Assembly: GCA_963806855.1 (NCBI GenBank)
Contig: CAWDYW010000002.1
Coordinates: 145,294 to 209,293, forward strand
Origin: an uncultured Verrucomicrobiae bacterium
GTDB taxonomy: Bacteria; Chlamydiota; Chlamydiia; Chlamydiales; Rhabdochlamydiaceae
Direction: 5' to 3'
DNA: 64,000 nucleotides
Part shown: one piece after another, positions 8,939 through 18,650 of the stretch
How positions within the stretch are numbered: the stretch's first letter is position 1
How the letters are laid out: every line of letters begins with the position of its first letter
Notes under the pieces: generated by a model
Told to the model about the DNA's origin: nothing
Database searches by the model: none
What the model saw: only the letters and a program-made list of their open reading frames with translations
Position numbers and translations under genes: made by a program

Positions 8939-11716
8939 TTAAAATAAATTCAATTTTTTACTTGTCTCGATCAATTGGCTTTCGATCTGCTTTAGCTGAT
9001 GGCGGAACTCATCGACCAGCTCTTTGGGGGCCTTTTCGATGAATTTTTCGTTGGCGAGCTTGGTCCGCAATTGCTGCTCTTGTTGAATCAGTTTTTCTTG
9101 TTGCTTAACCAGGCGCAGGCGCTCTTTCTCCTTCATCTCCTCGGGCAGGGGGATGATGAGTGTGAGCCCTTCGATCACGCTCGTCGCAGAGAATCCACTC
9201 GGCTCTCCCATTTCGATTTTTCCGATGCGCACGAGGGCTTTGAGCATCCCCGCATTTTGCTGGACTAAGGCGAGGGTGGGGTCCGCTTTGGGCGCTTTGA
9301 GGAGCAGGTCGGTGGTGATATTGGGGGCAAGCTGCATCTCGGCGCGGATATTGCGGACGGCGTGGACGACTCGATCCATCAGGGCGAAGGTCGCTTCAAT
9401 TTCGGGGTTGATATCGGCTTCGGCAATGACGGTCGGGTAGGGGGCGACGATGCAGGCGGGTGCGGCGAGGGCCTGGAGAGTTTCGGCCAGATAGGGCTCG
9501 TGGCAGCTGCCTGAGGGGATTTTTTCCTTGAGCTGGCTGAAGAGCTCTTCGGTGACGAATGGGGCCATCGGATGGAAGAGGCGGATCAAATTGCAGAGGA
9601 CGACCAAAAGGATGCGCTGTTTGTTGGCGCGTAGCTCGGGGGTGCCGGTTTTGCCGAAGAGGGTTGGCTTGACCAGTTCGAGATAGTAGGCGCAAAACTC
9701 ATCCCAGAAGAAGCGGTAGGCCTCTTGCGCGACCCGATCGAAGGCGTAGTTTGCTAAATGGGTGTTGATTTCGGCGGTCACTTTGTTGAGGCGGGAGAGG
9801 ATCCATTGATCTTCGAGGGAGAGGAGCTTTTGATCGATGCCATTTCCAATCGAGAGATCTTCTAGATGGAGGAAAACGAAACGGGCGCCATTCCACATCT
9901 TGTTGATGAAGTTTTTGTATTCTTCAAAGCGGCGCAGATCGAGGTCGATTTGGCGGGCGTGGGTCGCGACCGAGCAGAGGGCGAGGCGCATCGCATCGGT
10001 TCCATAATTCTCGATGATTTCGATCGGGTCGATGACGTTGCCTTTCGACTTGGACATCTTTTCCCATTTCGAATGCACTTCCGGCGGCAGGGGAGCCCCT
10101 AAATCATAGGCATGCCGCTGCTTCGCGTCGACATAGGCGACGCCCCCATCTTTGTTGTAGGTCCAGTACGATTTTCCGTAGATGAGGCCATGGACAAAGG
10201 TCTCGGGGAAGGGGAGCTCGCCGGTGGCATATTCGCCCATGAGCAGCATCCGGGCTACCCAGAAAAAGAGGATGTCGTGCCCCGTGATCAAGACGCTATT
10301 GGGATAGAATTTGGCCATGTCGGGAGTTTTGTCGGGCCAGCCTAAGACGCTGAAGGGCCATAATCCAGATGAAAACCAGGTGTCGAGCACATCTTCATCT
10401 TGTCGCCAGGCAGAAGGGTTTTGCTCGACTTCGGGAGGGACGTCGACCGAGCAGATCATCTTGCCTTCATCGTTTGTCCAAATGGGGATCCGGTGCCCCC
10501 ACCAAAGCTGTCGCGATATGCACCAGTCGCGCAAGTTGTCGATCCAGTGGAAGTAGGTGTTTTCCCAATCTTTGGGGATCAGCTTCACTTTGCCATCGCG
10601 GACGGCTGAAATCAGCGGCTCCTTGAAGGCGCTCATTTTGACGAACCACTGCTTGGAGAGGTAGGGCTCGATCACGGCCTTGGAGCGGTAGGAGACTCCG
10701 ACCCGATTGTGGTAGGCTTCGACTTTTTCCATGAAGCCGAGGAATTTGATTTTGTCGGTGACCTCTTTGCGCGCCTCCTCCATGGTGAGTCCAACAAACT
10801 GCCCCCCATTTTCGTTGATCTTCCCATCGGGGGTCATGATGTTGATCATCGGCAGATTGTGCCGCAGACCCATCTCATAGTCGTTTGGGTCGTGGGCAGG
10901 AGTAATCTTGACGACCCCGGTACCAAACGTGGGATCGACATAGGAGTCAGCGATAATGGGGATCTCCCGATCGGCAAGCGGGAGCATGATCGTCTTGCCA
11001 ATCAGATGGCGATACCTTTCATCATCTGGATGGACGGCGACCGCAGTATCGCCGAGCATCGTCTCGGGCCGCGTCGTCGCCACGACCAAAAAGGCGCTTC
11101 TGTCGGTGAGCGGATAGCGCATATGCCATAGATGGGAGGCCCGATCTTCATATTCCACTTCATCATCGGCAAGCGCCGTCTGCGTGACCGGGTCCCAATT
11201 GACTAGATAGTCGCCAAGATAGATGAGTCCCGCGTCGAACATCTTTTTAAACATCGTCCGGACAGCGCGCGCCCTGGGCTCATCCATCGTGAACGCAAGC
11301 CGATCCCAGTCGCACGAACAGCCGAGCCGCTTCAGCTGATCGAGGATCTGCCGCTGGCTCGTCTCTTTCCACTGCCAAATGAGCTCGAGAAACTCCTCTC
11401 GAGAAAAGTCTTTACGCCGCTTGCCCGTCTTGGCCATCTGGTTCCGTTCGACGACAGTCTGTGTCGCAATTCCGGCGTGGTCGGTCCCTGGCACCCAGAG
11501 CGCCTCAAACCCCTGCATCCGCTTCCATCGGATCAGCACATCCTGCAGCGTATCGACAAGAGCGTGTCCCATATGCAACACCCCGGTTACATTCGGCGGC
11601 GGGATGGAGATGCAATAGGCAGGCTTCTTCGAGTGGGCGTCAGCTTTAAAATAGCCCCCTTGCTCCCAGAATGGGTACCACTTTTGCTCGATCTCTTTAG
11701 GTTCGTATGCGCTCAT
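8939..11716 (-). CDS. valS: Valine--tRNA ligase
   Basis: PPPNVTGVLHMGH, DWCISRQLWWGH and KMSKS motifs; C-terminal coiled coil. Confidence 0.98.
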   Translation of the reverse strand: MSAYEPKEIEQKWYPFWEQGGYFKADAHSKKPAYCISIPPPNVTGVLHMGHALVDTLQDVLIRWKRMQGFEALWVPGTDHAGIATQTVVERNQMAKTGKRRKDFSREEFLELIWQWKETSQRQILDQLKRLGCSCDWDRLAFTMDEPRARAVRTMFKKMFDAGLIYLGDYLVNWDPVTQTALADDEVEYEDRASHLWHMRYPLTDRSAFLVVATTRPETMLGDTAVAVHPDDERYRHLIGKTIMLPLADREIPIIADSYVDPTFGTGVVKITPAHDPNDYEMGLRHNLPMINIMTPDGKINENGGQFVGLTMEEARKEVTDKIKFLGFMEKVEAYHNRVGVSYRSKAVIEPYLSKQWFVKMSAFKEPLISAVRDGKVKLIPKDWENTYFHWIDNLRDWCISRQLWWGHRIPIWTNDEGKMICSVDVPPEVEQNPSAWRQDEDVLDTWFSSGLWPFSVLGWPDKTPDMAKFYPNSVLITGHDILFFWVARMLLMGEYATGELPFPETFVHGLIYGKSYWTYNKDGGVAYVDAKQRHAYDLGAPLPPEVHSKWEKMSKSKGNVIDPIEIIENYGTDAMRLALCSVATHARQIDLDLRRFEEYKNFINKMWNGARFVFLHLEDLSIGNGIDQKLLSLEDQWILSRLNKVTAEINTHLANYAFDRVAQEAYRFFWDEFCAYYLELVKPTLFGKTGTPELRANKQRILLVVLCNLIRLFHPMAPFVTEELFSQLKEKIPSGSCHEPYLAETLQALAAPACIVAPYPTVIAEADINPEIEATFALMDRVVHAVRNIRAEMQLAPNITTDLLLKAPKADPTLALVQQNAGMLKALVRIGKIEMGEPSGFSATSVIEGLTLIIPLPEEMKEKERLRLVKQQEKLIQQEQQLRTKLANEKFIEKAPKELVDEFRHQLKQIESQLIETSKKLNLF

Positions 11717-12222
11717 TACTGTGTTGCTTGCTCTTCCGCTTTAGGCATAGGGAATCCCGAATACCATTTAGAATAGGTCGTCATGTTAGATAACAATCGG
11801 ACGATGTTGTCTCGGTGCTTCTCAATATCATTAAAATATTCGACAAGGGTGTCGTTTTCGGCAAGGTTATCCATTCCGATCAGCTGGCTGGCAGATCCAA
11901 TCGAGTTAATGAATGCAAATTTTGAAAAGATGTTATAATAAAGAGCCTTACCGGTCATTCCAATAGTCAGTGCAGTGTAGATGATCGTGGTCCGAAACGG
12001 CTCAAACGAGTTTCCGGTGATAAAGTAATAGGGAACGATGACGAAAGAGAATAGGGCCCGCGCGACTAGCTCGACCACTTCGGCGACGCACAGGGCAGCG
12101 AGGAGGATCTCGTTTTTGGTATAGTCGAGAAAATCGGCCTTCTCATCGATCACCTCGAGATCGCGCTGTGTGATGAGTTCCCATGCTTTGACTGCGAAAT
12201 ATGGTTCTTGGATATAGCTCAT
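11716..12222 (-). CDS. Hypothetical membrane protein
   Basis: 168-aa ORF with RBS and hydrophobic segments. Confidence 0.7.
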   Translation of the reverse strand: MSYIQEPYFAVKAWELITQRDLEVIDEKADFLDYTKNEILLAALCVAEVVELVARALFSFVIVPYYFITGNSFEPFRTTIIYTALTIGMTGKALYYNIFSKFAFINSIGSASQLIGMDNLAENDTLVEYFNDIEKHRDNIVRLLSNMTTYSKWYSGFPMPKAEEQATQ

Positions 12223-12312
12223 AGTGAATTCCCCTCTTTGGTTGATAATTTTTTATTTCCTAGTGAGCATAGCAGAGTGCTCAATATAGAAACAAGAGAA
12301 GAGCATTAACCA

Positions 12313-12807
12313 TCATTTCTTCAGAAAAGCTGCGATGCTAAAAGCACCACTTCCGATGGTAATTATACCCAAGACTAATCCAAAACTAGCCCCCCCTACT
12401 GATCCATAGGACGAATAGGCCAAAGATGCCATCACCAAAAAGTTAATCGTCTTTGCGACCGCGCTGATGACTTGATCGGCGACGGCTGCGCAATTTTTCA
12501 TCGACTCATTTCCATAATTTTGAACTAGAGTGTTAATCACCGGCGTAGATAGCAACACTGCCACCCCTGCGAAGGCAATCGGATGAAATAGACCAACACG
12601 AACGTAAGAGGTTAATATCACGATGAATGCCGCGGTTGCAACCTGAGCACATTTTGTAACCAGTAACGCAAGGTCCCGCAATACTGGATGCGCATCCTTA
12701 TCAATTGTTTTAGCAAGATATTCTCCACCAGCTCCTGCCAGCACAAAGGCAGAACCTGCCAATATGCCAACTGCTACTATATCAGCTTCAGCACCACCAT
12801 GACTCAT
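12313..12807 (-). CDS. Hypothetical membrane protein
   Basis: 164-aa hydrophobic ORF with AAGGAG RBS. Confidence 0.7.
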   Translation of the reverse strand: MSHGGAEADIVAVGILAGSAFVLAGAGGEYLAKTIDKDAHPVLRDLALLVTKCAQVATAAFIVILTSYVRVGLFHPIAFAGVAVLLSTPVINTLVQNYGNESMKNCAAVADQVISAVAKTINFLVMASLAYSSYGSVGGASFGLVLGIITIGSGAFSIAAFLKK

Positions 12808-12941
12808 AGTATAACTCCTTTAATTAAAGTATTAATGTGAGTATTATATGATATATTGCAATTAATGAAAAGGATGGTTTTTCTAAAATTATTTATGTTA
12901 AAAACAACTGTTTTCTACTATAAGGAATAGTGGAGAGCACA

Positions 12942-14264
12942 TTATCCACCTATTCGATTGAAGCCTCTAAAAAGCCACTTAGAATACGGGCAGTAGCCGG
13001 CCTGCCAACGGTTGTATAGGAGCTTATTCCATTTTCGCCTTGCTTTGAATTGGGCAAGGGACTCTAGCTCTTTCTTTTCTTTGACAGCTGAAAATGTCTC
13101 AGGAGTGATTGCTTTGTAGTGCTGCACGGCGGTCCAGTCGGTGAAAATTTTGCTCTCTAATCTGGCTTGTTTGAGATCGGAGAGAAGCATGGCCCAAGCA
13201 AAGCGTAAAGCAGCTTTTTTAGATGCAAGAGAGCAGCAGTCATGACCTTTTGAAAATCCAGGAGCGATAGAGGCGAACTCTTTGCAAAGGGCATCTTTTT
13301 CGGCCTGCCCCGTAGGAGAGAGTTTGGCTGGCAATGTTCGATAGAAATATTGTCGAGCCGATTCTTCGTCTTTCAAGGGAAATGAATTAATTTCCCTATC
13401 GATTTCCATAGTAAATAGGGAGTGGTCAATCTTATAAACCTCAAGAGTTGTATATTCAGGATAGGCACCTGTCCCGCGATTGCCAACTGCCATATAGTCA
13501 CCATAAAAGGCGAGAGCAATAGCATGAGAATACCAACCTGCCGATTTAAAGGTGAGCTTTCGATCCTGAATTCTGGCAACGATTTTCTTAGTGGACTTTT
13601 CACTATAGGCTGAAGACAATGCTTCTTGAAGGATTGCTGCCTTCTCTGAGCCCAGTTGGTGATGTTTAAAATCGTCTGACTCTTGGAACTTGGCGAGTGC
13701 ACCCGCAAGAGAGTCAAACATCCAGGTGCCCGAAGTTCCTTGGAGATCGAAGGAATTTCCATGAACTTCAACAGTGCTTTTCCATCCGAGCCAATGAGAA
13801 AGAGTCTTAAGCTCCAAATAACTTTTTTCATAGTCATTGAACTCAAAAAAAGGCTTTAATTTGAGAGAACCCCAAAGTCGACTGTAGTTCAAAGAGTCAG
13901 TACTCAAATTTGGGTGAATCTTATGAATATCGGACATATCGATCAAACTTGAAGTAATATTTTTGACAAAGGGATTAATAAGAAGGGCTTGAATACTACA
14001 TAATGCTACATTAGACACAATTAGAAATTCAAGGCTCGGGTCCTCACCAAACAAATTGGCGAGGAAAGCAAGGGAGCTGCGGATAACAAAGTCTATGCAG
14101 GCGATTAGGGCTATTCCTATGAGTGCTAGTTCGGTCGCGACCCGTCCAATTAAGCCATTATTTTCATTTCGCCATGCGCAAATATCAAAAAGGAATTCCC
14201 CATAGCTCGGAAATTCGATCCCGATGAAGTCGGCGTGGGTATAATATGAACAGCATTTAAGCAT
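12942..14264 (-). CDS. Hypothetical effector-like protein with N-terminal hydrophobic segment
   Basis: 440-aa AT-rich ORF. Confidence 0.7.
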   Translation of the reverse strand: MLKCCSYYTHADFIGIEFPSYGEFLFDICAWRNENNGLIGRVATELALIGIALIACIDFVIRSSLAFLANLFGEDPSLEFLIVSNVALCSIQALLINPFVKNITSSLIDMSDIHKIHPNLSTDSLNYSRLWGSLKLKPFFEFNDYEKSYLELKTLSHWLGWKSTVEVHGNSFDLQGTSGTWMFDSLAGALAKFQESDDFKHHQLGSEKAAILQEALSSAYSEKSTKKIVARIQDRKLTFKSAGWYSHAIALAFYGDYMAVGNRGTGAYPEYTTLEVYKIDHSLFTMEIDREINSFPLKDEESARQYFYRTLPAKLSPTGQAEKDALCKEFASIAPGFSKGHDCCSLASKKAALRFAWAMLLSDLKQARLESKIFTDWTAVQHYKAITPETFSAVKEKKELESLAQFKARRKWNKLLYNRWQAGYCPYSKWLFRGFNRIGG

Positions 14265-14283
14265 GCCAAAGGTTATAGCAGAA

Positions 14284-14325
14284 CTACAGTTGTTTTTGAA
14301 TCGATTTCACCGACTTCTTAAGCCC
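14284..14325 (-). repeat. Relic copy of pknD 3' end
   Basis: Encodes GLKKSVKSIQKQL*, identical in protein to the pknD end at 16045-16086, with three synonymous changes. Confidence 0.85.
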
Positions 14326-14365
14326 TCAGCATTAAGGGGGCAAAATTTTCCCTATCCTGAAAGTG

Positions 14366-15821
14366 TCAATCTTTGTCTTGTATCTGAAGCAGCTCGCTAA
14401 AATCTATCAATTTAATAAAATAATCGGCATCAACAAGAGCATCTGTTAATCCATTTAAATGAATTAATACTGGAACAGCTGAATATCCCTTAGGAATTTT
14501 CAATGCTTTTAATTTGGCTTTCATTTCTTTTATTACTTCGGGGGTAATCGGATGATGAGAAAACTTGATTTCACAGACATACAGAGTATTATACCGTGTT
14601 TGAATCATATAATCAATTTGACAACCGGCCCTTTTTGATGATTTTGATTGATAATATGGATTTTCGAAAACAATATCCTCTACCTCAATCCCTAATTCAT
14701 TCCATATGGCAGGCCTATTATTGAGTACGAGACTTTCAAATTGAAGACCCATCATCCCTTCCCACCCAGGCAACCGGAACGGAGATGCCTTCTTAAATAA
14801 TCCTTTCTTGATTTTTCTTAGATAGAGGAGAAATATATTTAAGGTAATACCTAAGATAATTATCGCGAATTCTATATTTGCTGGTCTTTAGCTCTTCGCC
14901 TTCGCGAATTGACCAGTTATGTTCTCGTTCCAAAAGACCTGAAACTATTAAATCTTCAAGATATTCACTTAAAGGCCCACCACTGGGATAACCAATCGAA
15001 TGTGCAATTTCATCATATGATTTAGCGCCATCTCGAAGTGAGGTGACTATTTTTTTGCATATTGGTACTCTCTTTCCAAACAAATCTGTAAAAATATATT
15101 TAAACTCTTCAACAAATAGACCATCGGGCTCAAAACAGAGCCTTCGAATGTTTTCAGCAATAGGAATGATTGGATTGATGAGCTCAATGTACCATGGGAC
15201 TCCGCCTGTAACGGCAAGGGCCATGAATTTTTCTTGGGCCGAACCTTTAAATCCTCGTGATTCCAAGAGGCTGTTACATTCGCTTAGTGAGAGCTCTTCA
15301 AGAGTCAATTTTAGAGAAATGCGTCCTACAAATCCTGTGCTACTTATAATATTTTTCTCAATCCATGATGAAATCGACCCACAAAGGATAAGGATTAGTC
15401 GAGGGTTTTTCTGAAAATACTGTTCCCAAACTACTTTCAATTTCCCCAAGAATACAGCATCCTTTGAGCCCATCCATGTGATTTCATCAAGCAGAATGAC
15501 AACTTCTTCTTTTTGAGTAGCCTCTGCAAGTACGGTAAATAGGTCGCCCCAGTCCTTTAAATTTTCCAGTCCGGGAATCCCAAGCTGCTTCTTTATCTGC
15601 CTTGCAAATTCCACTCTTTGCGCTTGTGCCGTTGTGTCTCTAGTTGGAGCTATACCTTCAAAGCGAAGGAATCTTTTTCGCTTGGTAAATTCTTCAATCA
15701 GTCGGCTTTTACCAATACGCCTCCGACCTTTAATGACAACAAGCGATGCAACCCTTCTCCCTAAAAGGAGCTGCAAACTTTTTAATTCTGCCTTTCTTCC
15801 TATGAACGGTGTATTCTTCAT
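14366..15821 (-). CDS. Archaeal-type AAA ATPase with winged helix and C-terminal PD-(D/E)xK (DUF234-like) domain; frameshift near 14810
   Basis: FIGRKAEL, GRRRIGKS Walker A, LLDEI Walker B, TGGVPWY; QIDY...CEIK in the second frame; one extra A in an A run joins the two ORFs. Confidence 0.8.
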
Positions 15822-15840
15822 TCGGCAATACTCCTTTAGC

Positions 15841-15934
15841 ATCTTACGCAAAATAGTCATTTTACCATTCTGCGTAAGATATCTCAAGAAAAATAACTTA
15901 CGCAAAATGGTCATTTTTCCATTTTGCGTAAGAT
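15841..15934. promoter_or_regulatory. Two tandem inverted-repeat units upstream of the ATPase gene (putative operators)
   Basis: cttacgcaaaat-N12-att(c/t)tgcgtaag at about 15843 and 15897. Confidence 0.55.
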
Positions 15935-16044
15935 GATATAGGGATCAAAAAATCAAAATACGATTTGGTGCAGCAAGGAAATTTTGTTTTCCATTGATAA
16001 AAGTGCATACAGAAATAAAATAAGTGTATGCACTTTTAGCAGAT

Positions 16045-18636
16045 CTAGAGTTGTTTTTGAATCGATTTCACCGACTTCTTCAGTCCTTCATCGTCTAGGC
16101 AATGGCTAAAAAGCTCGAGCTGCTGCATCAACTTGAGTTTTTCCCAGTAGAAGGCGCTCGCGATCCACCCTTTTTTGAGGTTGATGCGGCCGATCAGATA
16201 GTGGGAGAGGAGCAAAGAGGTGGGAGGGAAGGCCCGTTCGGAGATGTTGGTGAGGTGAGCCAGCGCTGGTTGCTCTCCTTTTTCATGGGCTAGGTAGCAG
16301 CCGTAGAGGAAAAAGGATGGATCGGTTTCGGTCTTCCATTTTTCCGGATCGGTGCTCTTGATGATTTGGGTCGCAGTATCCCACTCACTTTTGGAGAGAG
16401 CTTTCCAGAGGGGGAGGAGGGAGGGTTTGCCGGTCTTGAGGGCATACTCATTGCGGGCTTGCTCGAGCTGTTCGCCCAGTCCCTCTAGGACTGAGAGATC
16501 GGCCAGGTCCTCGCAGCCAAGCAAAATGAGTCCGACTTGGGCGTTTTGGGCGTCGAGGGGGGAAAGCCCGCTTTCGAGCAGTTCGAGCAGGACGAGCGGT
16601 TTGTTGAGCCAGAAGGCCAGTTGGGTCATCAGGTAGATATTGCGATCGATAGATAGGGCGAAGAAGGGGAGTGGTTCGAGGTTTTGCTCGAGGACGGTGG
16701 CGATGTCGGTTGCTTCGGGCAGCTGGGAGAGATGGCGGAGGACGATCAGGGCGAAGCGGTAGGCCACTTGCCTGTTTTTTTGGCTCGCTTCATGCAGGCG
16801 GGAGAGGATGTTTTCGATCAGGATGGGCCTTAAGGGGTGGGTGGGGAATTTGCGCAGAGCCAGTTCTAGGCATTTTGCCTCTTCTTCGAATTCTCCTTGC
16901 GCTTTGTAGACGAGCGACTTGCCCAAGTACTCAAGCGGGGCGCTCGGAGTGGTGTGGAGCTTTTCAAACTCATCATGCGCCTCTGCGTAGAGGGTCTCGC
17001 GACGGTTTTTGAGCCGCTCTTCGGAGGCTTTTTTGAGCAGGGTGATGCCGGCGCGGAAGGTCGCTTCACGCCCTTCGGCACGGCCGGGGAACGAGTCGGA
17101 GATTTTTCGGTATTCGGCGAGCGCTTCGTTGTAGTCTCTGCGGGCGAGGAAGGCGTCGGGGATGGCGAGGCAATTGACCATGATATTTTGGCTGCCGACC
17201 GCGACTTGGAGGGGAGTGAGAGTGAAGTCGCCGTCGCGCATCAGGAGGCCGATGTGGGAGCCGGAGAGGGGGATGTGGCTTAAAAATCCAAATTTTTGCA
17301 CTCCGTCTAGATAGAAGCGGACATGGTTGCCGATATGCTCGATTTTCACAGCGTGGGGATGGTCTTTCTCAAGGTGCAGGTGGGGGAGGTTGAGCACTTC
17401 GACGTTGGAGCGGTAGAGACGGACCCCATTGTGAGAGAGCCATAGGCAGTAGGCCTCTTCGATCCCCTTTGCAACCGAGAAGAGGATCCCGAGCCCTTTG
17501 CTCTGCTCTTTGAGGGTGAGATTCGTCTCGATTTTGATGTTCCCGGGGAAAGGCGATTTCGAGATCATCAGGTTGACCCATTCGAGCAGATCGATGCCGC
17601 GGGTGATTGCCATGTGCTTAGAGAGAGCCACATTTTCCTGAAAGAGCCAATCTTCTTTCCGGTCGATTTGCAGCGCTGCCAGCTCCATCCATTCTGGGAG
17701 CCCTTCGATGTAGTTTTCGAGATCTTTGATCAGAGCTGAGACGCTTTGGTACCGCTCGTCTGGATTTTTGGCGAGGCACTTGAGGGCGATGTGGGAGAGG
17801 TGGGGAGAGATGTCTCGATCGGGAGCAGCCTGTTCGGGTGGGAGGATCGCTTCGTGTTCGTGGAGCTTTTTGAACTCCTTGAGCGATTTTCGTTGGAAGG
17901 GAAACTGGAGGGTGAGGATTTGGTAGAGCATTACGCCGAGTGAATAGACGTCGCTGAGCACATCAGAGGGTGAGCCAAAAGCGCGCTCAGGTGCCATGTA
18001 GAGCAGGGTGCCGGGGATTTTGCCAGGCTGGGTGATCTGCGGATTTTCTTCTTTGATCTCGAGGGTGTTGTTTTCAGGTTGACCGATGAAATTGGCCAGC
18101 CCCCAATCGAGAATGATCACCTCGCCGAATTTCCCGACGATGATGTTTTCAGGCTTTAAGTCCCGGTGGAGCACCCCGCGTGAGTGGACATAGGCGATAG
18201 CGCCACAGATGCTGAGGAAAATACGGACCAGCGCTTGGACAGAGGAGCCGATCGCGTGGAGCGGTTCTCCCTTTTTCGATTGCTCTTTGGTCTTGCGCAA
18301 GATCTCTTTCAGCGTATCGCCTTCGATCCTGGGCATCGTATAAAACGGAACTTTTTCATCGATCGAGTAGATCGGGATGATGCTCGGGTGAGAGAGCTGT
18401 GCAGCGATGCGAGCTTCACGCAAAAACCGCTCCTGCATCGTCTTATTCTGGACCCACTGCTCGCGCATCGTCTTGAGGGCCACTTGCCGTCCGCAGATCG
18501 GATCCTGAGCCAGAAAAACCTCGCCCATGCCGCCGACGCCCAGCGTCCCTAAAATCTGAAATTCGCCTATCTTTTTTTCAGTCACAATGTTAATTAAATC
18601 CCATAGTAGGCTAATATAATCAATCGAAAAATGCAA
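16045..18636 (-). CDS. pknD: Chlamydial Ser/Thr protein kinase (true start probably GTG at 18585)
   Basis: GVGGMGEV, HRDLKPEN, DWGLA and YMAPE motifs; long TPR-like C-terminus; near valS as in chlamydiae. Confidence 0.85.
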   Translation of the reverse strand: MHFSIDYISLLWDLINIVTEKKIGEFQILGTLGVGGMGEVFLAQDPICGRQVALKTMREQWVQNKTMQERFLREARIAAQLSHPSIIPIYSIDEKVPFYTMPRIEGDTLKEILRKTKEQSKKGEPLHAIGSSVQALVRIFLSICGAIAYVHSRGVLHRDLKPENIIVGKFGEVIILDWGLANFIGQPENNTLEIKEENPQITQPGKIPGTLLYMAPERAFGSPSDVLSDVYSLGVMLYQILTLQFPFQRKSLKEFKKLHEHEAILPPEQAAPDRDISPHLSHIALKCLAKNPDERYQSVSALIKDLENYIEGLPEWMELAALQIDRKEDWLFQENVALSKHMAITRGIDLLEWVNLMISKSPFPGNIKIETNLTLKEQSKGLGILFSVAKGIEEAYCLWLSHNGVRLYRSNVEVLNLPHLHLEKDHPHAVKIEHIGNHVRFYLDGVQKFGFLSHIPLSGSHIGLLMRDGDFTLTPLQVAVGSQNIMVNCLAIPDAFLARRDYNEALAEYRKISDSFPGRAEGREATFRAGITLLKKASEERLKNRRETLYAEAHDEFEKLHTTPSAPLEYLGKSLVYKAQGEFEEEAKCLELALRKFPTHPLRPILIENILSRLHEASQKNRQVAYRFALIVLRHLSQLPEATDIATVLEQNLEPLPFFALSIDRNIYLMTQLAFWLNKPLVLLELLESGLSPLDAQNAQVGLILLGCEDLADLSVLEGLGEQLEQARNEYALKTGKPSLLPLWKALSKSEWDTATQIIKSTDPEKWKTETDPSFFLYGCYLAHEKGEQPALAHLTNISERAFPPTSLLLSHYLIGRINLKKGWIASAFYWEKLKLMQQLELFSHCLDDEGLKKSVKSIQKQL

Positions 18637-18650
18637 TCCGAGCAGAGGTT

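Noticed and set aside
15822..15914. N-terminal extension MTILRK...MTILRK of the ATPase ORF
   Set aside because: It is a translation of the upstream DNA repeats; the RBS supports the ATG at 15821
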